The notes: a model not told the origin generated them from the sequence alone. Counted from the first letter of the stretch, positions 13,081-25,530 are shown. The stretch is DNA of 64,000 nucleotides from Vicugna vicugna (GCA_013265495.1 MU057947.1:878048-942047); one strand, 5' to 3'. Numbers and translations: made by a program.

Positions 13081-13658
13081 GTCCCCCCAACACACACCCC
13101 CAACCTCTGCAGCCTGGCCACTCAGCCTGCACCCAGCCTTCAGTCTGGGCCCCACGAGGGCCGAACCCCCCCTCCCTGGCCCTGCCCCTGGGCCGTCCAC
13201 GGATCTCACTCCAGCTTTGTCTGAAACAGCAGCGTTCACTGCACGCAGTGACCCGCGCCCTCCTCTCACCCGGGCAGAGCCATTCCTCCCCCAGCCACAT
13301 CCCTCAGCACTTGCCCGGGGCAAGTCCCCCTCCCCGGCATGACTCTGGCCACAGGCACCGCCTCCACCTGCACGTGGGACAGGCCACTTGTGGGACAGGC
13401 CACAGGACCGACTCCTGGGAGCCGGCGGGCAGACACCCAGTGTCCCGCCCGGGCGTGAGCTCCGAGGCCCGGGGGGACCACGCGCCCGGGCCTCCCGCGC
13501 TGAGGCCCTGCCGTTCCCACCTCGCTTGCCCTCTGCCCTGCGGCGTGTCCCCGGTAAGCCTGCTGTGCCGGTCCACTGGCGGGGACACCCCTGGATGGGC
13601 CCCCAGGAGCCTAATTCACGTCCAGGGCCGCCCCCAGGCCCGGAAGGTGGCTGTTTCA

Positions 13659-14099
13659 TGCAAGCTTCCTGCGGCTGCTGTAACGAATGACCACAAGCTG
13701 GGAGGCTTAGAACAACAGGGATTTGTTCGCGCACAGTCTGGAGGCCAGAAGTCTGAAATCAGTAGCACCGGGCTGAGGTCGGGGTCAGCAGGGCCAGGCC
13801 CCCTCAGGAAACCCCTTGCTTCTCCTGGCTTCTGGAGGCTGCCAGCTTCTTGGGCCTCATCCTCTGATCTCTGCCTCCGAGCTCAGGCGGCTTTCTCCTC
13901 ATCTGTCTGCAAAAACCTCCTGCCTCCACCTGCAGAGAGGCGCGGCCACATTTAGGGCTCACCTCGACAGCCCAGGACGTCTCCCCATTTCCAGATCTTT
14001 AACTGCATGTGCAGACACCCATGTTCCTTTCAAGGCAAGACGACAGATTCCAAGGGTGAGGACTTGACCTCTCTGGGGCAGCAGCAGTCAGCCCAGCAC
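13659..14099 (-). mobile_element. MLT1 (C/D-like) solo LTR
   Basis: 'gctgctgtaacgaatgaccacaagctgggaggcttagaacaacag...cacagtctggaggccagaagtctgaaatc'. Confidence 0.85.
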
Positions 14100-14129
14100 G
14101 CTCCCCCATCCACAGCTCTGGCCAGACTT

Positions 14130-14905
14130 CCCATCTCCTCGTGTCATCTTAATCTGAACTCACCACTCCCGTCCTAAATTTGAACCACCATGAAAATTTT
14201 AACCACGGTTGAACCATCTATTCCGTCGTACAGGCCAGAAATCAGGCACTGTCTTCACCCTCACCTCTTCCTCCTCGACCTTCACACTGACTTGGCCCCC
14301 AGGCCCATCTGTCTTGGCCCAGAGACCCCGGTGCACCTGTGCTGCGTGAGGTCAGTCGGGGTCATGCCTCTTCGACCAACAACTGCCCGGTGCCCCTGTG
14401 GGCTGTGTGCCCCCTCAGCCTCCTGCCAGGGCTCCTTGACTGCAGGTCCCTTCTCCTCTCTGAAAAGCCAGTGGTCCCCAGGCCACCTCCCCCAACCTCC
14501 CCCTACCAGCTTCTGTCCAGGCAACTCCATTCATAGCCACCTCCAAAGCACTCTCCTGTCCCCCGAGACATGACTCATGACCCAGTGGTCACCTCAGGCC
14601 CGGGCCAAACTCTAAGTGGACCAGAGGACTTTTTTCCTGAATGTTACCTGTCACCTGGCTTCCCCAGGTCTGACGCTCCCATCCCTGTCACAGGCTGGCT
14701 TCTTCTGTTACTTTAAAGCACCAAAAAGCGGCCTCTTATAAACGACAGCCCTCTAGGTCCTTCTCTCTGTGTAGAGCCTGTCTGTCTTCTCTGCTGGAAT
14801 ATGTCCCACGACAGGGAAGCAGGTGACTCTGTGGGTCACCACAGCTGTCTCCAGCCTAATACATTGCACTGCATGCAGTAGGCACTTAATAATATCCACT
14901 GACTG
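14130..14905 (+). mobile_element. Decayed L2 LINE 3' region
   Basis: Pyrimidine-rich L2-like body ending 'gcatgcagtaggcacttaataatat'. Confidence 0.5.
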
Positions 14906-15689
14906 GCTTTTTCATGTAACACTTTGTGGGCATTTTAATAATTAACATATCTTAACATTTTGATGTCCAGCCAGTTTTGCGCTGCACCAGACATGCCCTG
15001 GCCCCCAGGGATGGACACACAGACTTTTCCACACCACACACAAAGCTTCGAGGAGCCCCTTGCCTTGAGCTGCTGACTGCGTCTCTGCATGTTTCCCTGG
15101 GTGAGTGAGACTTCTCGGAAGGCAATTACTGGCCTGAAGAGCTTTTGGTTCAAATCAGTAGCAGCTTCTTCCTAACTCAGCCCAGAGCAGGAAGAGCTGG
15201 CTGCCCGGCCTGAGCCTCTGACCCCAGTTCTGATGCTGTGGCCAGACAGCGCCTCCCCTGGCAGAAATGCCCTTGACTTCATAGGTGCACACGTGAGGTG
15301 TGCTTGACCTCACTGTCTGAGCTTCTCCTGGGGAACAGGCCTGGCCTGGCTGCCATCCTCCAGCCTGTGACTTGTCCTGTGTGTGAGTGTGCCAGGGACA
15401 GGCAAGTGAGCAGAGTGTGTGGGTGCTGTGATGAAAGGAGGGGCCCCCTGCCACAGGAGATCTCTGCACAAAGGCAAAGATCAGTTTCCTTGGACTTTAC
15501 AAACAGTGCCTCCTCCTCACTTCTGGGAGCAGCCAGCCTATCAGCCACTCACACCTTAGTATGAATCTGTTGATCCTGTGCAGGCCCTCTCACAGCCTGG
15601 CAGCTTAGCAGCCTGCACACATATTTCAGGCCCACCCAGCTCTGCTGGTCCTGGGAGATTCTGGTTCCTCTGCCCAAAAGGAGACCCAG

Positions 15690-16200
15690 ACTCAGTCCTG
15701 GCCCTGTGGAATTCCAAGATATCAGGGATCAAGGACAGATCCCTGAAGGACTTAGAGAAAAGAGAGGCTAACCGCAGAAGAATGAGGACCCAGTTAGCAC
15801 CAGGCTTCTCTCGGTCAGGATGAGCCCAGAGAGCAGCGGGGCTGACCTTGGGAGTCATGAGAAGAGCACTTTGAACTCAGAATCCGTCCTCAGCCAAGCC
15901 GCCAGTCACGTCTGGGGACAGGATCCCTGGATATGCAGACTTGGGGGACGTACTCTGTTAACTCTCCTTTCATACTCTTCCTGAGAAAAATTTGCTTGAG
16001 GATGCACTCCAACAAAGGGATTCAAGGAAGGGGAAGGAACAGAGTCCAAAAAACCAGCTGCATTAACCCAAGAGAGCAACGTGAAAATAAATTCTACTCT
16101 GAGAGCCTAAAACGGCCCCCACAAACTAGCCCTTCCAGAGAGAAGCCGGGTGGCCGCCCTAACGTGGTGAGGAGAGCAGGCTTGTTGCATCGACGTGGAA
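15690..16200 (+). mobile_element. Ancient HAL1/L1ME ORF1-like fragment
   Basis: 'actttgaactcagaatccgtcctcagccaagc' and 'ctcttcctgagaaaaatttgcttgaggatgcactcca'. Confidence 0.5.
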
Positions 16201-16509
16201 AAATAAAGGCAGTTAGCAATGCAGGATAAAGTTACAGACGAGTGTCACGCGCTCAGGTGAAGCATCCTGACGTGGGGCAATCGACAGAGTGCAAAAATCG
16301 TATGTCCATCTCAGTGTGGGGCCTGGGCCGTGCTCTTCCAGTAGCCCGGCTTCATGGTGGTGCAGGAAAGGAGTAATGTTTATAAAATCAGAACGTGTGT
16401 TTACTAGCGCTACAATTATAGGCTCACCGTGTTCGCAATTACAGGGGAGACATAGACAACAGAGTCAGAATGGAGAGGAAGGGCTATAAATTCCCCCCAT
16501 CCATTTATT

Positions 16510-16730
16510 AAACTGCAGCCCCTCACCCCTTGTCCTCTTTCCCTGCTTTGGTTTCCTCCGTAGCTCGTATGGCCACCTGATGCCTTGAGATGTCACTGAC
16601 CGATTTTGTTCATTGTCCGCCTCCCCAGACCAGGAAGTCAGCTCCGCGAGACCAGGAGCTTTTGTCTGTAGAGTCCGCTGCCCGCGGGGGGCCAGTCTTC
16701 AGCAGGTGCTCACAACTTTTTGTGGAGAAA
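16510..16730 (+). mobile_element. L2 3' end
   Basis: 'gttcattgtccgcctcccc...agctccgcgagaccaggagcttttgtctgt...cagcaggtgctcacaactttttgt'. Confidence 0.6.
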
Positions 16731-17929
16731 GGACAGCTGAGCTACATAAATGTCAGGGCATCACTGAGACAGCTTGGCGTGGGGGGACGGGGGTGGCGCG
16801 GAGAAAGGACCCCTCACTTCTTCACCTGGCACAGAAGGGAGACATGAGGCTGTGTCCCAGCGGGTCACAGAAGCAGAGGCCTGTGCACCAGAGTCGAAGC
16901 TAGTCGTGAAAAAAAATGGAAGGGCTAAAAATAATATAACAAAATTAAGAAGCGGGGAATGTGGGAAGGAGAAATGACTTCAACTTCTCTTTCATACTCA
17001 GAAGTCAAACAGAAATTGTTTAAAATTGACAAACGCAGAGACAGAAGTGGAAGCCCTTTATTTAGAACGATGGTGGTAGCAGGATCTGAAAACATCAGCT
17101 GTTAAAATGCTTCTCTCCTGAGAGCAGGAACCTTTCCTTTTTCATTCAGTATCGGTCTCTGCTGCTCTCATATTTTTACTTTGTGTGTGTTACTTTTATA
17201 ATTTTAAAAAATGTGGGGAAAAAGTCATGTACACTGACTTCAATGTCCTCGTTTCCTGTAAAAATGTCTTCACTTGTTTACGACTGAATCTTATGGCCCT
17301 GGACTTTATAGAGGGTCAACATGAAAAAATGGCCATCTGAAGAGCATGTCTGTAGTGTTTGAAAACTGCAATAAAAGACATTCACGTCCATTATGCCACC
17401 TAATGTCCCTATATGAGGATTCATGCCATAAACCTCTCCTCGAATTTCTCCCCTGAAAAAGGTCTGTCTCAACCAGGGAGGAATATCCACAGCAGATACG
17501 AAGGACAAAGGGGGCGACATTCTGATAGAGATTTTCTCAGATTAACAAGAAAGTTCCTAAATATCTCGACAGACAAAAAAAGGATAAAGATATAAAGCAC
17601 CTCACCAAAGAAGAAATGAAAAATAGTCCAGTAAAGCAGCAAATGAACTTTTTTACCTCTCCGCCTGGCAAACCTGGAAAACGCGGAGGAGGGGGACCAA
17701 GAGGGGAGGGGAGGAAGAGGAGGTGGGGGGAGGTGGGCATGAGGAGGGGGAGGAGGACGCAGAGAACAGCCAGTATCGATGGGGATGGGAGGGGTGTGGA
17801 GCCTGGCTCCCCGGGCTCTGTGGTCGGAGGCACCATTTTCCATGGGCCAATTAGAGAGCGTGGTCAAAAGTCCAGCAGTTTCACTTGTAGGAACTGAGGC
17901 TAAGGAAATAATCGGCTAAGAGTGCAAAG

Positions 17930-19682
17930 ATGTACTTCAACCCAGTGACAGGCGTCAGAGACACCGGGACACAGGCAGAGGGAGAGGATCGTGTGAGGAC
18001 AGACGCAGAGACTGGCGTGATGCAAGGAAGGCCGGGGAACACCTAGAACCATCGGAAACCAGGAAGAGGCAAGGAGGGTCCCCTCCTGGGGCCTCCAGAG
18101 GGAGCCTGTCCCTGCCAACACCTTGATTTTGAACTTCTGGCCTCCTGGACTATGAGAGAATATGTTTCTGTGGATTTGAAATAAGTTTATGGGACTGGCA
18201 CAAAACAGACACATAGTTCAATGGAACAGGATAGAAAGTCCAGAAAGAAACCCATGCACTTATGATCAATTAATCTACAAAAAAGGAGGCAAGGAGGGAG
18301 AAGACAGTCTCTTCAACAAGTGGTGCTGGGGACACCGGACAGCTGCCTGTAACAGAAGGACATGAAAACATGCTCTAACACCACGTACAAACATTGACTC
18401 AAAATGGATTAAAGACCTAAATGTAAGATCAGATACTACAAAACTCCTAGAGCAAAACAGGCAGAACACTCTTTGACATAAATTTCAGCAATATTTTTTT
18501 GAACCAGCTCCTGGAGTAATGGAAATAAAAGCAAAGATAAACAAACGGGATCTAATTAAACTTAAAAGCTTTTGTACAGCTAAGGAAACCACCAACAAAA
18601 TGAAAAGACAACCTACAGAATGGGAGGAAATATTTGCAGATGCTGCAACCAACAAGGAGCTAATTTTCAAAGTGTACAAACACTTCATACACCTTAATAT
18701 CAAAAAAACAAACAACCCCATCAAAAAAAAAGATGGGCAGAAGACCTAAATAGACATCTCTCTGAAGAAGATATTCAGATGGCCGACAAGCACCTGAAAA
18801 GATGCTAAACATCGTTTACTGTTAGAGAAATGCAAATCAGAACTACAATGAGCTATCACCTCACACCAGCCAGAATGGCCATCATTAAAACATCCACAAA
18901 CAATAAATGCTGGAGAGGGTGTGGAGAAAAGGGAGCCCTCCTACACTGCTGGTGGGAATGTAAATTGGTGCAGCCACTGTGGAAAACAGTATGGAGGTTC
19001 CTTTAAAAACTAAAAATAGACTTACCATATGATCCAGCAATCCCACTCCTGGGCATGTATCTGGAGAAAAGTATAATTCAAAAATATACACATACCCCAA
19101 TGTTCACAGCAGCACCATCTACAACAACCAAGACATGGAAACATGTCCATCAACAGATGACTGGATAAAGAAGACATGGTACAGCTATACAATGGAACAC
19201 TTACTCGGCCATAAAGCCATAAAAAAAAATGATGCCATTTGCAGCAACATGGATGGACCTGGAGATCATCATTCTAAGTGAAGTAACCCAGAAAGAGAAA
19301 GAAAAATACCATATGATAGTGCTTATATGTGGAATCTAAAAAAAAGGGACACAAATGAACTCATCTACAAAACAGAAACAGACTCACAGACATAGAGAAC
19401 AAACTTAAGGTTACCAGGGAGTAAAGGGGGTGGGAAGGGATAAATTGGGAATCTGAAAACTTCCCCACTTGGGGAGTGATGGAAATGTTAGCTATCTTGG
19501 CAGTGGTGGTGGTTTCATGGGTGGGTACACATCTATCAGAATTCATCAAATTGTACACCTGAAATTAGTGTAGTTTACTGTACAGGAATCAGACCACAAT
19601 AAAGGCGTTTAAATAAATAAATTTGTTTATTTAAGTAAAATAAGCTTGTGGTGGCTCATTGCACGGCCACAGGAAGCGGACA
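17930..19682 (+). mobile_element. MLT1 (B/C-like) LTR split by an L1 (parts 17930-18192 and 19638-19682)
   Basis: 'ccctgccaacaccttgattttgaacttctggcctcctggactatgagagaata'. The LTR end resumes as 'aagcttgtggtggctcattgcacggccacaggaagcggaca'. Confidence 0.8.
18193..19637 (+). mobile_element. 5'-truncated L1 with a foreign old-L1 3' end
   Basis: ORF2 C-terminal remnants (KINKRDLIKLKSFCTAKETTNKMKRQPTEWEEIFA). TSD aaataagtttatgg (18179-18192) / aaataagcttgtgg (19638-19651). Confidence 0.9.
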
Positions 19683-20241
19683 GGTGGATGCAGTGGCGAG
19701 GAGTCCCGGTCCATGGGCGCACGGCCCCTTGCTGAGGTGACAGAGCAGAGCCCGCAGCCCTGGACTCACACGCAGGCCTTTCTTGGCTTTATGGCCCAAG
19801 CGTCACTGCCAGGCCACCACGTGAGGGGGTTTCTCCTGCTCTGTCTCCCCACTGTCGTCCCTTAAACTCCAGGGACACTGCACAGCTTGGGGGCAAGATG
19901 GGAGGTGCAGCCTTGGCGTTACGGCTAAGTGTTGACCTGACGTTTTCATTCTCTTCTCAAGATTTCACTCAGGCACGTCTGCAGGGCTCGACGGAACACC
20001 GGAAACTCAGGGCTCGGAAGGCCCCTCCGTCTGACATGCGATCGCAGTCAAGTTCATCACGTGCAAAGGGAGGGCCGCGCGTCCACGAGTAACCAGGCAG
20101 CACCCGGCTCCCGGGCTGGGCCTTGGCCGGCAGGTGGAACCGTGGGATGGGAGGGGACACCCCGGCAGCCAGAGGCCACACACCTCCAGCCACTGACCAG
20201 CCACGTGGCTGGAAAACAGCAGTAGAAATAACAGCAGCGGA

Positions 20242-20286
20242 TGCTCATGACCTCTGACCTGCTCATGACCTCTGACCTGCTCATGA
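20242..20286. repeat. 18-bp tandem repeat, 2.5 copies (tgctcatgacctctgacc)
   Basis: Perfect copies at 20242 and 20260, partial copy at 20278. Confidence 0.95.
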
Positions 20287-20327
20287 TGGCTGACCCGGAA
20301 CCAGGCCTGCCAAGTGCTCCGAGGCAC

Positions 20328-20510
20328 CTCCGAGGTGGGGGACCCTGTCCCCATCTCAGAGGTGGGGGGGGCCCTATCCACATCTCAAGAGGTGGGTGGG
20401 ACTTGTCCGCGTCTCAGAGGTGGGGGGGCCCTGTCCACGTCTCAGAGGTGGGGGGGACCTGTCGGGTCTCAGAGGTCGGGGTGGACCCTGTCCGCGTCTC
20501 AGAGGTGGGA
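20328..20510. repeat. G-rich minisatellite, unit 27-30 bp, about 6.5 copies
   Basis: Consensus about ctcagaggtgggggg(a/g)ccctgtcc(a/g)cgt; units start at 20328, 20355, 20384, 20413, 20441, 20468 and 20498. Confidence 0.95.
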
Positions 20511-21599
20511 GACAAAGGCACATGGAGTTTGAGCCGCCCGCGTGCCCTGGCACACAGCTGGAACATGCCCCGGTGCCAACTTGAAGAGAGGACTTGATCC
20601 CGAAGCTACACGCTCAGCTCCCACCCCACAGAACAATCAGTGACCCATCTCCTTTCTGTAGGAGTGATGGTCTCCACTCCAGCATTCAGTTTAAGACTCT
20701 CACACTTACCGACCACCAGAGCAGCACAGGGACCAAACATGCAGGAGACCGTTGCCTGTGACGGATGGAGGCTCGGGGGCAGTCGTGGGCCTGGAGCCAG
20801 GCACTGGGTCCCGCGGTGGCACCCTGCCCAGGACAGGGCTTTGGGAGAAGTCAGCCATCTTTGGAGAGGTGGGATCCATTTGAAATCGCCTGTCCCTTTC
20901 CCCTCATCTGTTACCTTTTCGAAGGGGTTTTGGGTTGGAATCATGGCTGGTGTCTACAAGATTCATTCGTGGCTTTCCTGGGGCAGTTTTGAAAATGCAG
21001 AGCAGGAGAGAATTTAGGAACCAGATGGTTCTCATAAAACAAAATAATGAATTCATCCCAAGTATGAGATATTGATTTAGCATCACCTAAGAAGTCATCC
21101 TACCTCTCTGCGAAGAACATGTTTTCAGTTCTAAAATCTTCTAATGGATACGTCAATTTTAACTGATTTTCCCCCGTTAGGTCTAAATCTTTCCTTTGGA
21201 TCGTGCCACGCGGCTGCCATGAGCGCTGATAACATGACAGATGGGGTTAGGTTACGCATTTCCATTTTCCAAATGAGCCTTTCCACCGAGGCTGCAGCTG
21301 GCCTGCCTCTCTCGGGGCAGGTGAGTCCGAAGGCTCAGGCAGCAACCAGGGTGGGGTCCTAAGTGTGGGACGTGGCTCCTTCACGGAAGCTGAGACGGGG
21401 CTGGGCCCCCCTCCCAAGCAGCGTCTAGACCAGGCTCATGCCTTGCAACCCGTCACCATATTTAATTGTCTGATCACAAGGCCGGTGTTACTATTTTGCA
21501 GATGAGGACGTGGCAGCCCAGAGAAGAAATGCCTGGGCTGCAGCCCTGCAGCTGCTTTTCCCGTGACCAGGACCGCAGTGGCCGCACGTGCTCACACAA

Positions 21600-21760
21600 G
21601 GCTTGCTCTGCACAGGCGCTGTTCCAAGTGCTTCTCCGTGATTAACCCCCTTGATCCTCACAGCAGGTCGTTGTGGGTTCTCCGAGGTTTACAGACGAGG
21701 AAACTGAGGCCTGGAGGGCTCCTGATATTCTCCCAGGGCCATGCAGCCGGGAAGCGGGTC
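21600..21760 (-). mobile_element. MIR SINE remnant
   Basis: Core 'tttacagacgaggaaactgaggc'. Confidence 0.65.
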
Positions 21761-24422
21761 CCCGGGCCCAGCCTTCAGTATGAGACGCAGACTGGACCCT
21801 TTCCCGTTGGAGGGTTGTCTACCAGCCCCTCCTGCCCCCCCGCCCCTCCCACGGGGCAGGTCACGCTGCCGGGCCGGGGAGGCCCCTTCGCGCCGCACAC
21901 AGAGCCCTCCGGGGCCGGCGGCTGCCCCTCGGAAGGTGGGGCCTCTCCTGCCGTGTGGCTGGGCCCTGTGCCGGCTTTGGCCTCCGTGGGCCACAGCCAG
22001 GGGCCGGGCGGGGAGGGCCGGTCTGTGCGGCCCCCGGGCAGGCTCAGCCGCAGCTCCCGGCAGTCCTTGGTGTCCTTCATCACGTGTGCCACGTGTTGGA
22101 TTGTTTCTTTATTGATTTTGCTGCCTCGCTTTGCAAGGTTTTCCCCAGGACTTTACCATAATAATGTGTTCTAGTCAGGCCGATGATGTCTCCCTTAAGA
22201 GGTATTAATATCGGAATAAATTGTTCTTAAGGTGCATCTACTTATGAAATAAACCATAACAAGCACACTGCTGCGTTCCACGGAGCACAGCACACACGGT
22301 GATACACAGAAAGCTGTCGGGTGTTCATAACTTTGTTTCAACTTCCTGAATCAGTCTGCCAGGGACGGGATGCCTTTCTGGAACAATCTCTGCTAAAGAG
22401 GAAGATCACCCCAGGCTTGCTCTGAACGAGGTGGGGTGTTTGGCGGGAGCCGCCTGGGCGGTCAGCTGGGGTGGAGGTGGCCGTTCTGCACAGGGGAAGG
22501 CACAAAGAGCAACGCCTTCCGGATCTTCGTCCCTCTCTGGCCCGTCTGGAGAGGTCACTGCCTGAACCTCGAACCCACTGCTTCAGGAGGACATCACTGT
22601 GTTGGAAGCTCTTTGCTTTAATGGTAGGTGTCAAATGCATCACCATATCTAAATATTCAGCTCATTAAGTATTAAACATCTGTTCTAAATAGCACTGTGA
22701 AATGCAAATGACAGCAGCTGTGTTATATCTTAATACAAAATTCATGAAATCCGTAGCCCCAACTTTCCAACCTCATTATAAAGCTGTGTGCTCACCGCTC
22801 GCCACCAAAGATGTGTCTGAGCTCAGCAGCCTCTTCTGGAAGCCACAGCATCCAGGCGGCGGGCACTAGAGAAGGATGCCGGGGATGGGGTGGGAGGCCG
22901 CCGCCGTCGTGGGGAGACCTGCGGACGAAGCCTTGCCTGTTGTATGCATCCTCGCCCCACCCCACCCCCCGCAGCGAAACTACTGACTTAGTTCAAAGAA
23001 CTCTCAGGTTTTGTCACCAAAGTAAACCCACACGGGTCCATGCCTGAGACCACGATGGCTCCCATGGTCCGGGGTGGGGCAGGGCGGACCACTGCCCATG
23101 GGGTCAGTGCCCTGCAGGGTCCACTAGCCCTGTGCAGAGAAGACTGGCAGGTAGCAGGGCCCCCCACTATCCCGGGGCAGCGGGAGACGAGCTCCAGGGG
23201 ACAATCAAAGCAAAGAGGACACAGGGGCTGGCCAGTCTCGGAGCCGTCCATTCTGCGGCACAGACACTCAGAACCAACCCCATGGGAACTCCGCTAACCC
23301 CAGGGCGCGCCGGTGGGAGCTGGGCACGCAAGACACCTGACCAGATCGTTAGTTACCTAGTTGTTTAGTTAACTAACCCATTAGGTGTTCTCTCCTCCCT
23401 CTGCACAGCGCTGCTTCCGCCTGGGCGTCTCTCTGGAAACGACCTCATCCTCACCGGTGCCTTCAGTCCAGCGATGCAGCACTCACCCCCGGGCCTGGCA
23501 GAAGGCTCCAGAACCTGCCACTGCACTTTGGGTTTCCTCCTGTCCCTGTCCGCTGCCAACCCGTGCCCTGCGCGTGGGAGAGGCTCCACAAGGGTTCCTG
23601 AACTGTTGAAAGAACAAATGAACAGAATGTGTGCCCTGTGGGATAATTCCCAAGCTTGCGCCCCGCAAGGCCCCCTCCCACCTCCAGCGTTAACCACCAA
23701 CAGCCCTGCTTGTCACCCTGCCACCACAACCCACAATAGGAAGCACATTTTACGCTGGACCAATATTCACATCTTTACGAGGATTTATCCTCACGTGTTG
23801 TCTGTTCTAAGATGCACTTGTTCACCTTGTAGCATCTCTGAAATGCACTCAGTCTTACAACCAAAGGCACCGCCTTGCAGGCAGCACTGCCTGCACCCGC
23901 CTCAGCTCACTTGAGTTGTCCATCTTTTCAGTACCACGTGAGTTAAATTTCATTTTTGTTAAAATGTCTTCAAAGAGAGTCACTACATTCAGCACTGAAA
24001 TGAAAGGACTGAGTATGCAGAGAGGTACCAAAGCAGGGCGGCCGATTCCAAGTAGATGCTGGGCACAGAATTCAATGTGAGGGAAGCAAACACTCATCAT
24101 GAGGAGAGTGACTGGGAGGCCACCTGGTCTTTGCAAAACTACTTCCAAGTGCTTTGTGAACCTTAAGGAGGGACAATGCCCACAAGTAGATGAGGTTGGG
24201 TTGTGTCTGGCGCCCAAGACACATGCAAAGGGCCTAACGATTCCACATCTGGCAGCGCAGCCCCAGGAGAGGAAATGGCCAGGGGCTTGGAAGGAGGAAC
24301 TCAAAGCACCAGGAAGCTGCTAGGACTGATCCTGGCGTTTCAGATGCCTGTCATTCAATGCCTTTTATTGTGATTTAATGGGTTGTGTGTTTTCTCTCTT
24401 AGTTGTTCAAAAAATCATAGTA

Positions 24423-24579
24423 TAGTGGGCCCTTCGAAGCCAAGGGTTTCACATCCATGGATTTGACCATCAGCAAATGGAATTCTTCTCCATTTTATAT
24501 GAGGGCCATGAGCATCCTTGAATCTTGGTGCCCACGGGTCTCCTGGAACCACTCCCCAGCAGACACCCGGGGACACCTG
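24423..24579. mobile_element. TcMar-Tigger MITE (MER2-like)
   Basis: TA-flanked; ends 'tcctggaaccactccccagcagacacccggggacacctg-ta'; internal 'tttcacatccatggattt'. Confidence 0.7.
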
Positions 24580-24679
24580 TACATCGTACAACTTCTAGCA
24601 CTCAGATGGATGAAATAAAAAATGCATAACTTAAAAAGGTTTAGGAAACCCACACTCATTTTAGTGTGAAATTCACTGT

Positions 24680-24790
24680 GAGTGTTTTCTATCTTATTCT
24701 ACTTCATTTTTCAAAAATTCTGGCTGTGACCTGCTAAACTGATTCCCTGGCCCATTAACGAGCTGTGATCCGTAATTTGCGAAGATGCTG
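24680..24790. mobile_element. hAT-Charlie terminal fragment
   Basis: 'gtgacctgctaaactgattccctggcccattaacgagctgtgatccgtaatttgcgaagatgctg' resembles Charlie-family ends. Confidence 0.55.
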
Positions 24791-24861
24791 CTGACAGCCA
24801 CTCCCCCTGCCGCACACAGGAAGCCCCACCAAGAGGTGGGAGAGAGGCATGGAGTCTAGAC

Positions 24862-25160
24862 CAGCGCCGTCTGGTAAGAACGCAACGGGGGCCACAGGCA
24901 CAGTTGGACATTTTCCGGTAGCCACACGAAATGTGCAAAAAGAAGCAGGTGGAATTAATTCTGATACTACAGGTCATTTAACTCAACATATTAAAAAATA
25001 CCACCTTAACATGCAAACAATATGCACAAACTCTTCATGAGCTGTTTTACACCCTTTTCTTCATGCTAAGTCTCTGAAAGCCGGTGGGTAATTTACACTC
25101 ACAGCTCATCAGAATCCACACTAGACAAGTTTCAGATGTCGCCATGCTGGACAGCACCGC
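24862..25160. mobile_element. hAT-Charlie MITE (MER33-like)
   Basis: Termini cagcgccgtct / ggacagcaccg; internal 'ttttccggtagccacac' and 'tttaactcaacatatt'. Confidence 0.75.
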
Positions 25161-25166
25161 TCCAGA

Positions 25167-25530
25167 GCTGGGGTCGGCAAGCCTTTGGTGCAAAGGGCCA
25201 GGTAATAAATATTTTAGGCTCAGCCAGCCGATGGTCTTTGGCACAGCCACTCACCTCTGCCATTGTGTGAAAGCAGACAGAGGTGACACTTAGGTGTCTG
25301 TGGTTGTGTTCCAAGCCAANNNNNNNNNNNNNNNNNNNNNNNNNNNNNNNNNNNNNNNNNNNNNNNNNNNNNNNNNNNNNNNNNNNNNNNNNNNNNNNNN
25401 NNNNNNNNNNNNNNNNNTAAAAGACAAATACATAAATAAACCTAATTACACACACACCCCACCCCCGCCCCCAAAAAAGAACACTCAGCAGAACAGATTT
25501 CACTAGAGGGCCAGAGTCTGCCAAACCCTG
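25167..25530 (+). mobile_element. MER58A-like MITE interrupted by a SINE and the assembly gap
   Basis: 'ggggtcggcaagcctttggtgcaaagggccaggtaataaatattttaggct' and end 'gggccagagtctgccaaaccctg'. Confidence 0.8.
25320..25417. other. Assembly gap (98 N), probably hiding a SINE body
   Basis: The SINE tail 'aaataaacctaattac' follows shortly after the gap. Confidence 0.95.

Noticed and set aside
12874..13955. Overlapping 286-aa and 307-aa ORFs
   Set aside because: Low-complexity G/P/R/A-rich translations of GC-rich DNA that run across MIR and MLT1 remnants, with no domain signature.
20328..20510. Repeat array as CRISPR
   Set aside because: Units are contiguous and degenerate with no unique spacers; mammalian context and no cas genes.
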